From Bugula neritina (Eukaryota; Animalia; Bryozoa), in the NCBI GenBank assembly GCA_964035545.1, contig OZ037768.1, forward strand, positions 17,777,700-17,841,699: 64,000 bases of DNA. The letters run 5' to 3'. The notes beneath the pieces are model-generated. The model ran no database searches. It had not been told where the DNA came from and worked only from the letters and a program-made list of their open reading frames with translations. Of this stretch, positions 1 through 25,200 are shown piece by piece (the stretch's first letter is position 1; each line of letters opens with the position of its first letter). A program made the translations under genes and the position numbers.

Positions 1-825
1 AAGTTAGAGTGTTAGACCATGCAAGTAAATAACTCCATTTTATGATAAGTAGCTAAAGTTGATACTCTACAGATTTATCAGTAATATTTACCGGAGCAAA
101 TAAAACAGAGTTAATACAACAACTACTTTCTCTAAGATTAACCATATTGGTGCAGCTGAAAAATCAATATCAGCCCTGAACATCTTTACTTTGCCCAATC
201 ACCATCACAAAACATAATCCTAACTCACACTCACTATCCTTATTATAAGACAAGGGTTTCTATTATACTTTAATATGTGGCATTAAAATGTAATAAAAAA
301 TCAACTAAAAGCAAATGCTTAATCTATTACATCATATGTAGATCACTATCATAATCAGTGACATGACAATTTATTACTAACTACTATTATTAAATATTAC
401 TATGAGAGTTAGTGTTAGTGAGACTAAAGGTAAATGCAAGCATCATCAGTATTAGTAAGGGAGTATCACCGACTGTAATGTTTATTAGTTATTAGTTTCA
501 CAGCTACTTTAAGCTTAAAGTTTAATTTTATAGCATGTGTATTTTGATTTCTATAACTTTGAGTATTAAGTAACTATTAACTAATACTAATAGTAATAAT
601 TATACTACTCACTCTCAGTACTGATTACTCTGTCTATTTTTAGTTTTACTAGCATCAATGTAACTGTAAGGTGAAATAAATCAATAATTACCAGTGTAAT
701 TAGGGTTAGTATTAACAGTATGCATATAAAATGAAGCACAATTTAGTCTGAAAGAATATATTTTAGTTGACCAATTTGAATTACTATTAGTATTACTATT
801 ACTATTAGTGAACTTCAATTCTTAC

Positions 826-1026
826 CGAGTGTTGAAGCGTTACATTGCCATGGACACCTAAGTTAGGATCATTTGCATTTTTGGGGATATCATTCCAGTT
901 ACCTTTTTTAAAAAAATTGTATGGCGACTTAATAAATACCAGAAGCAACAAGCCAATTCCTTTTATACTCCACAGTAATACAGAAACCTTGAAAAAGAAG
1001 TAGGTAGCAAGCTCTTTGACGCCCAT
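826..1026 (-). CDS. EPHX4: First coding exon of an epoxide hydrolase 3/4-like alpha/beta hydrolase; the rest of the gene lies left of the window
   Basis: ATG at 1026 gives MGVKELATYFFFKVSVLLWSIKGIGLLLLVFIKSPYNFFKKGNWNDIPKNANDPNLGVHGNVTLQHS, followed by a GTAAGA donor (phase 0). The hydrophobic N-terminus plus P-x4-DP-x-LG-x-H-x2-V resembles the EPHX3/EPHX4 N-terminus (recalled as PPACLSDPSLGTHCYVRIKDS). The catalytic domain is not visible. Confidence 0.7.
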
Positions 1027-1416
1027 TTTTGCTTGCAGATCAAAGTTGAAAATCACTTGAAACAGCACTGAGTTGGAGGTGACTGAGTGCAGTGGTTGGA
1101 TCGCGATTTTACAGTTGGGGTTTGGAAGTCACACAACGGTATCCAAACGCTGTCATCGGTCACGCCTACCTACACTCACACTAATTGGTGCTGTTTAAAG
1201 CGATTATACATTAACACGGTCATTCAACGTTATTTCGTTAAAGTGGTTGCGCGACCACAAAACTGTTCAAAATAGTAATCTTGACAAATGTTTTACAGAG
1301 AGGAAGCAACTCTATAGCAGAACCTTTATAACGTATACATTGTAACTAAATATTATAGAACATCCGTGTTCGCGCAATCACCCAATTTCTCGAGAATTAG
1401 TATAGTGAGAATCAGA
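1027..1416. promoter_or_regulatory. Bidirectional promoter / 5'UTR region between EPHX4-like and TNPO1
   Basis: Divergent ATGs about 390 bp apart; locally CpG-rich relative to the gene bodies; CAAT/CCAAT-like motifs at about 1375-1386. Confidence 0.65.
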
Positions 1417-13401
<11,985 letters not shown>

Positions 13402-15158
13402 CCCCATCTTGTATTCGGGGTGAGTCTCATGATATCATAGTTGTTTATACCGTAAGCTCCTCCCACTTATTGTATCTATATAAATACTGTGTGTTTTATA
13501 TATGATTTTGGGATTAAACCTAATAAACCAGTAAATGATCTACATCTTTATAAACGCCTACAAATTATTACCAATCACGACTATGCAAATAAGTCATAAC
13601 AAAACAAGCCATTAAGACAGTAAGTCTCATTGGCTAAGGCAGCTCATTACGCACCACTCCATACTCACTAATCAAACTTCCTGAAGAAAATTATTTGCTT
13701 TTTTTCTGCAGGTAATTGAGGGGATTCTGGGTTACTTCTCCTGCCGGGGCAGTTGCAAGCAACTCACGGGACTTGGGAGGATAATTTTTCTTCTAATTGT
13801 ACCACTTTGGGAGCACCACTATAGCAGGAAGTCAGACAGATATGTTCGTAGGCACTCAATGAAATACTTCATCTACCAACTGCTCAATACATTCGACAAT
13901 AAGTTCGCTCTAGTCAAATATTTTGTGCATGTTAATTTAAAGGTAATTTCTCTCAGCTGTGTATAGTTTTTAAACTTCTTTTGTCATCAAATTTTTTTTT
14001 AAATGTGGAAAAAAAATTGAATTTTTTAGCTAGAACCATGCATTGTCTGGTACAGTGTTGATTGGGGTGAGAGTTGGGTTGTACAATCAGGCTCATGTTT
14101 GTATATCAGACCCATTCTGTGGTTTTTAATCTATGCTTTAATGTGACGTGACTAAGTAGATTACTGCTCAAATGTGTAATTGATCTAGGATTTAATATAA
14201 TTAAAACACATATCCACAGTTATGTCATCACTAGCTTAATAAAACTGAATCGACTTGCTGATTTTTCTGTTCTAAAAAGCTGCTAAGTTCACTAAGCTAA
14301 CTAACTTTCACCAGTTATATAGAAGTGTGCCTGATTGATAAATTAATATACATTTGCAGTTGCGTTCTGAAGACTTCGTGTCTGAATGATTTGGTGTTGA
14401 GTCATTTAATTCTAAGTATCACGTTCTATCCCATATTTTGAGGGAGCTGTTATCTTTGACTCTGTGGATTTTAACAAGTAGCTGGTTAATATCTTGATCA
14501 CTGCTGGGCTCTAAATTTTTTAAATCGTAAATTTTGGTTGGGTATTCTAAAAATGAATTCTTGGGAGGGCGGTTGGGCGGGTAGGTTAGAGTAATATCAA
14601 TTATTGCATTCACAATTGTCTATTGTAAAACGAGATAGGTTTGCAATTATTTATTTGTTGTCTAAACTAATGAATTAAAATAATCATATGCCCTTGTAAA
14701 CAATTCAATGGTATTGTACTATATTCTACATACACACCTACTTTTGTTAAGTAAGCTTGTACAAATGAGTACCCAACTTCAGTATGTTTTTGAAATTTTT
14801 CTTAACAAAATTTCATCTTGAGATCTTCAACATTCAGGTTTACCAAATGTTGTATTATTTCTATAATTTATGTCAAATTTACAAGTAAGAATAAAGCTTA
14901 TACACAAGTATGATTGTTGTTGTATTATATCACACAAGTATTAATGCATGTTTAAACTAGTAGAAGGATATTAGCACAAGTATAAACAATACCAGTTTAT
15001 TTGCAACTGTTCAACATATTTACATAGTATTTATAAAAATAGAGTAGTATAATATGCAGCAACCATTTCTGTAAGAAACTATCAGTATAAGTGTATTATA
15101 CTTCATAACAGGCAAGACTTCTGTTAACTGTATATATAGTTTGCCATCAAACTTTTCT

Positions 15159-18100
15159 TTACTGTTTCTTCTTAGCTGTGATTTTCTCCCAGAAGCTCAA
15201 GAGTTTCTTGTACTTATTTTCTGTAAATAAATCGAAATTGCATTTTGGTGGCTGTTAAAATTTCGGAAAGCAACTATTGTGGAGACTAGAGTCTACTACA
15301 TCTGATAACTTTAAGTACGTTATGACTCACCCACTTGACCTTTGTGTACTTCTGGTAAACTTGTGCTCTTCTTCCTGCATAAATTACTTTCTGGTTCAGC
15401 AGATTTGGCTCTAACAAATGTTTTTCGAAGATGCACCTTTTTTACTCTGTCATTGCTAGGAGTGCCATTGCATGGCACATCTCCACTGTTAGGAATAGCA
15501 GGTGGTGAGTCTGACCGTTCAAATACTTCCTCATTATCAGAAAGAGCTGACAGATTCCACCAGTCCCAACAGTGTTTGTTCCTCTGCAACAGTAAAGGGT
15601 TATTCTATGTAAATTGGTGGTGTGTCTGTTGACAAGTTACCCTCTTGATGAGTATGTTTCCAATAAAACAGATCTGTGGAATAGAAACACTGCCTTGTGT
15701 ATATTACAGATAAATTAGATTACATCATAAGATTTGATAGACCTATCATTTTTATGAAACAAAGTTATGACGGTAGTCTTGACTTACGAGTAAGTAATTA
15801 TCAGCACCCTCGTCTTTCTCCTCTTCTTCTTGGGAGGTCCACTCATTAATAGTAGCTATTTTAGGCCGTTTTGAAACATTCCTTCTTCGTCTTATTACCT
15901 CTATATTAATTAGAATTGATAATTAATGAAAATTATACAATTTTGCTGCTGTGCAGTGGTCTTCAGTTGCAAAAGTTTTACCATTGGGCTTAACAAGAGA
16001 AACTTTACATACAAAATTGGTTGAGCGTGCCCAACACCCTAGCTGCTATTGGTGTATAACATATATAATTTATTTAAGCAAATTTCAAATTACCTGTGTG
16101 ACTACACTGATTACTGATACCAACACGATTATATTGTAAAACTGTGGAATATGTCCTATTCAGAATATACGAAAAGTTTTATATTATGCTTCAGCCAATA
16201 AACCTGATGAAGTTAGATATTCTATACAACAGGTTACTGATGAGTTATAAAAGCATGGCTTAGAGTGTAAAGTGCAACATATCAAAATAAAATACAACCT
16301 ATTGAAAGTTGAGTGCTGCTAACAGTTTTACGAACCAAGCAGTGAGTAAATTTACAATAAACTCACTGGTGTGCATAGAAAATGATAAGTAGTGTGCGCA
16401 GTACATTAATAACTTTTGAATCACCAGGTTTACAACATAATATTATCATGATTGATCCTGTTGTGACCAAGTTTTTTACCGAGAGCTGTGCCAAAAGTAG
16501 TGTTTTAGTTTCTCACATTTATTGGTTTTATCTGATAATTGATTTCAGTCAAGACTTAGTGTGCCTTCCTCAGTTTTCTGTACTCCAAGTAAGTCTCAAC
16601 CCAAACATAAATAATAAAACTAACACAAATAATAGCAAAGTTGCTTCTATGAGCACGACTCTTCATCAAAACTACTGAAAAAAATTAATATTTACTCACC
16701 TTTTACGGTGACGAAGCTCATGGTTGAGCAGGATCCATGGCAATTTTTGGCTACACACCTATATACTCCTTCTTCTTTACGAGTTATATGTTGGATAATT
16801 AATGTATATTTATTTTGAGCCTCATCCTGTTCTAAGATGAATTTGTTATTTGCTGAGATGATGTCGTCATCTAAAGTCCATGTGATCCTGGGTATAGGCA
16901 GGCCTACTATGATCACAGACAGGTTTACTATGCACCCTTTATCCACTTCCATTGAAGTTAGTCTTGTCAGACACTCCGGGGCTAAAAAATATTTGAAATT
17001 ACCAAAATATTATGCTTATTATTAATAATTTATTTAAAATAAGAATGTACATTTATGAAAAATAATAGTTATGTAATCACATAAGTAGCAGAGTTATATA
17101 AAATATATATCAAAAAAGTTATCAATTATTCAAATTTATGAGACCCTCACACAGGTAAGCACAGGGTTGGACAGCTTTTAATAGCCTTCTTTTAGTTGCT
17201 ATTTATAGTGTGAGAAATTGCCTGTCAGTGAAATGAAGTACCCTCCAAATTCGCTTGTCTGCCACTGACATATTGCATCTGCCTCTACATCACATTAAAA
17301 AGTTATAATTGCATTTATTAATTTAAATTTTCAAATAGACAAACTCTTGTATTTATTCCCTTCGTTTCCATTGCTTCCAGAATTATGGGAATGGATGTCC
17401 CTACTGATGAACTTGTGGTTGCGTGAGCGTATGATTATAGTTTCATTCGATGCAACCGTTTCCAAACAACAACTGAAAAATCCATTCGCAGAACCTTGGA
17501 AACATAGTTATTACGTAAACCTACATTGTATATTATATTATAAACAAATATGGTAAAAATATTGTCTGAATCGCATAATAAGTGCTTGTATGTGTGCAGC
17601 AACAGTAACATATCAGCATCTTATAATTACAACATATCAGATTTATACTGCCCACAATAATAAGCTGCTGCTGTGGCAGCTCTAGCAACCATGTAATCAT
17701 TAGCTTGTAAGGTCTATATTTAGCTTATTGACATTAATTATACTAAGGCATTCTAATTACATACCTGTAGTTGTTTAGTGTGGGGACTAATTAACCATTT
17801 TATCTTTTTAGTAGTAAGATGCTAGATCTACTTATTTTGATAAAGAGAAAATTATCCACCTAGCAGATATGCTACTGATACTGGCTATGAAATACAGTCA
17901 CACATATGTGCCAGCATTGATCCTCTCAGAGAACTGGTGTCTCCTTCCAAGCTTGCTTGTCTATTACACACATTCACAAAATAATTTTCCAATTACATTT
18001 TCTTTTTACTGCACTTCAATATTTTACAGTCTAGTTTATTTCTGGTGTTTTCCAACTCTATTTTAGTTTCTTTATGTTCTTTTTTTTTGTCCGCATGCAA

Positions 18101-18706
18101 GGTTTTTTAAAGCTAGTCATGGCAAATAATTACTCAGTTATAGATGAGGTTTTAAAACAATTTTTTCTATTATAATTAATATTTTTTGTAACTCATATCA
18201 TGCATATAGAAGAGAGATTAATCTGCCAAGTGTTTAATTTCCTGAGTGCCTCTCTAGTTCACTAAATTTATATTATCTTATTTGCTCACTATAGTTTTAC
18301 ACCTAAGTAGCTGTTGTCTTGTTTGGTGGCCAGTTCTTCTGACTATCATATTCCACTTTGAAAAAAGTACATATAAACAATAATGTTATTAATATTACTA
18401 TTGAATTGAGCTAATTTATTCCAACACCACATAGTATAGTGTGTATTACTGTCATTATCCTATCTCTAATGTCCACAAATATAAATAATCTATTCACACA
18501 CTTTGTTTCTCAACCTTGGCAAATCCACTTTTTTAAATTTACTATCGAAATGAAACAGCATTAAAATCAATGGCAAAAAAGTTGGATTGTGGTTCCCTAG
18601 AAATCTCCAACATATACAAAGCTTTATACTTGCCTGTTTCATTTTCTTTTCGTTTGCTGCCAATAATCCTCGTCTTACTAGACCTCTGCTGATCAGAGTA
18701 AACCAT
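15159..18706 (-). CDS. Predicted 333-aa protein with a single I-set immunoglobulin domain (titin/MLCK-type) and low-complexity flanks
   Basis: Phase-consistent model: 18706-18634 (GC donor), 17494-17345, 17198-17151, 16981-16700 (Ig: PECLTRL...G-P-P-ITW...YTLII...EEGVYRCVAKNCHG), 15900-15788, 15604-15331, 15220-15159 (TAA), total 1002 nt. Minus-strand AATAAA at 14996-15001. The Ig exon and 3' exons are well supported; the three 5' exons are less certain. Confidence 0.7.
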
Positions 18707-18796
18707 TTCTATCAGTTCAGTAGGTTGGATAATTCTTTCAGATCTTGTAAATATTCAGCAGTTTATGCTACAACAATACTCCCAACTGCAACAATC

Positions 18797-18806
18797 CTTT
18801 TATATA
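18797..18806 (-). promoter_or_regulatory. TATA box of the Ig-domain gene
   Basis: TATATAAAAG on the minus strand, about 90 nt upstream of the predicted ATG at 18706. Confidence 0.45.
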
Positions 18807-20688
18807 ATTCTCCCAAACCCCTGTATAACTGGGTTATCTCTCAACTTTCACACAGGTTACTAGGTTTTTGTAATCATTCTGTAAAGTTTGGAGTATAATA
18901 ATTAATACCTTCGCTGCTGCTACTACTATACAAGCTTATGCTAGTAACTTCAGAGATATCTTATGCATTCAGTGTATAGTAAACTACAATAATTATCAAA
19001 TAAATTAGATAGCTAGCAGCTGCAGTAAAAGCTAATCAGCCCTGTACTAATTACTGAAGTAATTAACAGTTTTTAGATGCTGCTATCTCAATATGTATGA
19101 TAATTGGACAGGATGCCTTCTGCCTTCCTTATTTGTCTGAGATATCCATCCACCTTATACTAGTATTATAGTTATATAACGATAGTTACTATAGTTATAA
19201 TGATTTCCTGTATTACATTCCATAATAAATTACTCAAAAATATATTTGTGTACACAAAAATATTATATTTTGAATTCTGATCTAGCCATTACGCTAAACT
19301 TTTCATTTTATTGTAAAAAATATTACTTTAAATTGTTAGTATAGTCTGGGAATTGGAATGACCAGCTATAATTCATATTACTGATGATGAGTCAGTGGTA
19401 GGTTAATTAGGTCCACCAAATAACATTAATGATGCTATCAAATAAATAATATATAATAATTATGTGTTATGGTAGTATGTATAAGCTACTAAACTCTAAA
19501 GCATTATACTAATATATAAGTTATATGCAATTTGTATCATGTTACATTGTTTTCATAGCTTAATTGAAAGAAGCTAGTCCTCATCCAGTGATTTTTGAAA
19601 AAAACCTTATAATATATGCATAATATCACACACAAGTACCATGTTTAAATATAACATATAGACAATGCATTATCAATCAAAAAGTTTCCTCTGAGCTGGG
19701 TCCATTAAAACCAATTTAATAAACTTTTCTTAAAATACAAAACAAGGTCTGTTACTGGCAACGCAAAAGTGGATATTAGAAGTAAACACACTAGCTCAGA
19801 GATAAACAACTTCTTACTCTATATATTTGATGTAAAAAGTATATTACAAACAACTACAACAATTGTTATATTGTTTTAGATAATAATGCTTACAAAATAC
19901 TTGTAGAGGTTGGGTAACAATATGACAGTAAATTTCCTAATACGGCATTACATTGTACTCAACAATCAAATTCCTGGTGTAATTTAATTTATATAAACTT
20001 TGGAAAGTAAAAAATAGAGGTCTTTAACATTGACACATGTTTTCAGTATTGCTTTACTGAAAAAGATGTGTATTTTTATTGCCTTTTTGTCTATTACCTG
20101 GTTAGGAGGATTGAATCTATAAAAAGTTTCTTCTACAATTTTTAGGCTTGTATAATGACCATTATAAATTATAATGTTTTTTAATAATCACAATGAAAAA
20201 GTGTGAGCTAACTCATATGCATCTGTTTATTTGTAATTTAGAAGTTTTTTTAGGCAAACATATATAATACTATAATGTCTTGGAAGTTTGTAAATAAAAA
20301 TTCAAATTTTCACTTCTATTTTGCTGCTTGAACTGTAGAAATAGATGAAAAACAAAACAAACAGTACTACAGATCAACAATCAACACGCTTTGGATAAAA
20401 ATCAAAATGTGGTGAGCAAGTATAATCCTAATTCAACACTTCCAAACAATTATTCTAAAGCTTTTTTAATGTGCACTTCTAAGATACATCTTGTTTAGAG
20501 TTGTCTTGTTTTGCGAGGTTTTATTTAGTGGTCCTTTGACAAAACCGGTAGTGACTAAACTTTGGGGAATCGGCTATAAAAGAAAAGAGACCAATCACAG
20601 TAGTTAAGATTACAAACACCCAATAGTGTAACGTATTGCATAGAAACACCTCTTTGGCAGTAAAACACGGAAAAGCTGGAACTTAATC

Positions 20689-22086
20689 ATGGCTGACTCT
20701 AAAAAAGCAAACGTTGATTTGTTAGAAGAAGATGATGAGTTTGAAGAGTTTCCAGCTGAAGGTGAACTCTTATATATCTATTTTTATATTCACATAGTGA
20801 TAGGGAGTTTTTACTATAATATGTTTTTTAAAGCATCGTAATTACTGATTTCAGCACTGACAGTCAATCAAAATCACAATGACTGAGCGATACCGACACT
20901 CAATTGTGAATTAATATTACAAATATATTATTTCATTGTCATTGTTATTGATATCAAGTTGAAGAATTTTAATGGCTAAACTCGTAGTTATGATTATTGT
21001 GATTATTGTCGTACTAAAGGTGGCAAGAAGTGAAGATGAAGGTGAACTTAGAAGTTAAGGGTTAACTTAAAGTTACAGTGAAACTTGAACATCAAGTTCA
21101 ACATGATAACGCAAAATTGAATTTTGTATTAGCTACTAATGCCAAATTTAGTACTACTATAACTATTCCTAAATTTAACATGTGAATGTAACTGTATAGC
21201 ATACAAATCGGGCACATAAATATTTGCATTAATATAATTTTGAAATAGTAACCCGTATTCTGTTTTAAAATATTGATTTTGATTTTTAGTTTTACTGTTA
21301 GTATTAGTATTCATCATGGTGATTGAAACTACAACTAATCAATTTATTTAATGCTGTGGAATTTGTCATTAAATATTTTCAGTAACATAGATATTGCTAA
21401 AAGTTGGTGCTGTGACTTGCCATTGCTATTAGTTACTAGGATCTTGTTACCGTCCCCATCAAATTATACAGCATTGGTCTTGGGTTTTTCTATTAGTTAA
21501 GCTATAAGTATAATGCAAAGCCAAATGTTAATCAAGTTGTAAAAGCCGTTGTTATAACTGTTTAAAAAGTATTTATGATAAGATAGTTGAATGTCAAATT
21601 AGTTTCAATTTTGATCTTTAGCTTAATTTATATGTTCATTTCAGTGCATTTTTCATTTAAATTTTTACAACTGCCTGATAACATAAATAAACTTGTAATA
21701 TAATATTCCAGACTGGGGGAAAGATCAAGAAGATGACAGTGATAAGAAAATATGGGAAGATAATTGGGATGATGACAATGTAGAAGATGATTTCACTTTG
21801 CAACTCCGGTATTATGTTTGTGATGAAAATGATTGATTTTCATACTAAAATTGCACTAAAAATACTTGCTTTGCTCAAAGAATTCATTTACGGACTATAT
21901 TACATCAATATAAAAATATTGCTCTTATTAGGCACCCAACATTTATGGTTGAATGTATTTTTCTGTCCTGTTGACTGTTTCTAATGCTACATGTTGCTTG
22001 TTTTATTTTTACTTAGCTAAATGCTTGTTGATTTTAGACATGAACTACAACAGCAAGGTCATAAAGTGGAGCCAATGCAACAATAG
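20689..22086 (+). CDS. SEM1: SEM1/DSS1 26S proteasome complex subunit, 3 exons
   Basis: Exons 20689-20761, 21712-21808 and 22038-22086 give [72 protein letters not shown], with the diagnostic [10 protein letters not shown] and WEDNWDDD motifs. TATAAA (~20575) and CCAAT (20591) lie upstream; AATAAA at 22200-22205. Confidence 0.97.
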
Positions 22087-22286
22087 CTCACCTACTGCAC
22101 TGTGGCACTTGTACATAGACCTTATAGTTCAAACATAAAAATGTATTATAATATTTTCAAGTTGTATTTTGTTCACATCAAGTCGACATAGTCAAGTGTA
22201 ATAAAACAAAGATATTTATTCAAAAAAACCAGTCTATTATAATATAATAAAACTTAGAAAAGGTGAGAAATAAATGTCACAAGTAT

Positions 22287-25200
22287 TTACATGTCGCCGC
22301 CACCATCAGCTCGGATGTCGTCAATCTTCAGGATCATTTTGCACACTTGAACAGCTAACATAAGCTGAGCTCTCTTAGAAGTTAAGGTCTCAATGACATG
22401 TTGAACTTTCATGTCTGCAACAAGATGCGCAAGTTTAATTCTCTGGGTTGGCAAAACATATTTAAATGCACTTTTTTTTCAAGAGTGAAATAAACTCTAA
22501 TATTATGCTTACCATTATCTCCTTTTTCTAGACAGTCAATTCCTAATCTAGGATTGTTTTCATTCACTTGTCGAGATTTGACTTCAGCTAAGGTGTTGAT
22601 GGGTGCTAAGCCACTATTCTCAGCCAAGGCCAATGGTACAGATTCTAGAGCATCAGCAAATGACCTCATAGCATACTGCTCAATTGTTGAAATCTGAAAA
22701 CATGAGCAGAATGTTGGGAGTTATGATATATATTTAGAATGAAGCAGTGTGGCTAAAATAGTGGTGTAAAAATTGAATTTCATTTAAAACTGTTGATAGT
22801 ACCTTGTCTGCTGCTCTTGAAACAGCTATAGAACAAGAGATTTCGGATGCCCCACCTCCATACACTATTCGGTCATCTTTAATTAGATTTCTAATGACGC
22901 ATAGAGCATCATGCAAACTTCTCTTGGCTTCCTCTATAATCTAAATATATATAGTTAATAGAATATAAAACAGTAAGTAAATAAAAATCCTATATAAGTA
23001 AGAAATCAAAAGTATAAGCAGTTCAACTATGTATTGCAGTGAAAATTTTTTTTATAAAAATGATCTTTATTCAAAAATGTACAGATTTCCTCTATCAATT
23101 TAAAAAGAAAAAATTTCTAAGCATATTGAAAACAGCGGAAAGGACATGCAGCACACAATTGCCAGCACATAACTTTTTCTTCATGTACTATGACAATCTC
23201 GTTAGACAAGATTTAGTCTTACCATTTTATTACCACCTCTGATAAATATGGTAACAGCTCGTGTGTTTTTGCACTCTTCTATAACCAACATCCTATCTTT
23301 GGTAGTTCCAAAACTCAATTCTCTTACGATTCCGGCAGTTCCCAACTTTTCAGCAGTCAAATCACTAAACCTAAAATAGAAGTAGGTAAAGAGGCATTAC
23401 TACTGTAGCTTGTATGCAAGAAGTGTGCAAAGTTTCAAGAAGTCACTTAATTTTCATATTTATAACTGGTAAAGAATGTGAATGCTTTGGAAATACCTAG
23501 GAACAATTCTTCCACCAGTAGCTATAGCAATCAGCTCAATCTCCGGTCCTCCTACCCATCGGACTGCAGGTAACTCATTTTTAAGAAGTAAATGATTAGC
23601 TTCATCATCAAATCCCCATTGACAGATGACTAGATTGGCCCCAGTGTCTTTTACCTAAAACACATATAGTATTAAATTACAGAAGAGTACCGCCTTGGCA
23701 CTGAGTGTGATACAATTATGGTTCCTCTGCAAGGCCTGCTCAAAAGTGTAACCTACCGCAATGAACTTCTCAGCAAACACAGCAAATAATATAAACGACA
23801 TTCATGCAAGAATTTAAGTATTTAAATAAACATCAGGCAGACTACAAATTCTGAAAAGGAAAAAGAAAATTTTACCTGTTTGACCATCTCCTCAAATTTC
23901 TCTTTTTCATATTCACGCAACTTTTTGTAGTCTGCCACAGAAGTGACATCTAACTTGTGTTTGGTCTTTGGTTTCGGTGGCTCGAACGCACATGTTAATA
24001 TGGCCATTTTAGCATCTTTAACTGACTAAAAAGTAAACAACATTTATAAATTACATTAAACCTTTATTTTTGCTACATACTTGAATGAAGATAAGCATGA
24101 AGCCCATAATTTTCACATCTTATTAAACTACATCAGTATCTAATATCATATGGATTAAAGCCAGTTGCCACAAACCTTAGGCATCTGTGGATGACTCATG
24201 TCTTTATCAACAAGTACACCTTTGATTAGCATTGTGTCTTCTAATTTACCACCAACTTTTCCTTCCATCTTTACCAATTCAAAATCAACATCACGCCTTT
24301 CCATATCTGCTACAGCCATTACTGCATCAACAGCTATTTCTGCCATTTTTCGATGACATCGATTAACTCTACACCATAATACACAAAAAAGAATTGTGGA
24401 GTGGAGATTTTATGAGGGGCAACAATCAAAATATAGCACTAAGATTCAGTGTAGCTAATAGCTAGTTATTATTATTTTAACATAAGATTTCAAGAATTAT
24501 CACCACTCACATTTTAGACCCTAGCGTAGTCATTGCTGTTTGAATGAATGGCTCTAAATTTTTTCTGGGATCAGGAAATTTCTCACAGATTGTCTCTAAA
24601 TGATCATAGGCAACTTTTGCTGCCATTTCATAGCCATCAGCTATTCTGATTGGGTGAATACCTTTGTCCAATAGCTCCTCAGCTTTCTCCAGTAGAGCAC
24701 CAGCCAACACTGCACAATAAAATATGCGAATATGTCAACCATACAGGATATCCTATATCCTATCCATTAGCTTGTACGGCATGGAGCTTAAGACTTGTAA
24801 CACCTAATCTTCACTAAAACACAACTTCATTATTTCAATTTAATCAGGTAGCTACTTTCAAGACAGTACTTACATGAAAAATATTTTTAAAGCTCATCTG
24901 AAACTTGACACTTGTTATCATTAGAAAGCTGAAGATTTGCCGAATTTACTTTTATAAAAATACGTGAACTGGAAAAATAAAGTCCATGTTGTGGGGGGGC
25001 TAAGGTGTCGAATGAATTATATATGGTTAGATGATGCAGCAACTGGACCTTAATTGAGTAACTTTTTAGCTTGCAGTGCAAAACGTACAGCATACAAAGC
25101 ATTATGTCAAATAAAATTAACAAGTCTAGACCTTAATAATACAAAAAGGTGGCAAAAGACATTTAAGCAAATTGCAAATTTGAACTCCGAGAAAAATTTT

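Noticed and set aside
17151-17284. Apparent exon with an in-frame TAA (read-through or pseudogene) in the Ig-domain gene
   Set aside because: A nearer acceptor (ataaatag, 17199) gives a 48-nt exon in the correct phase without the stop.
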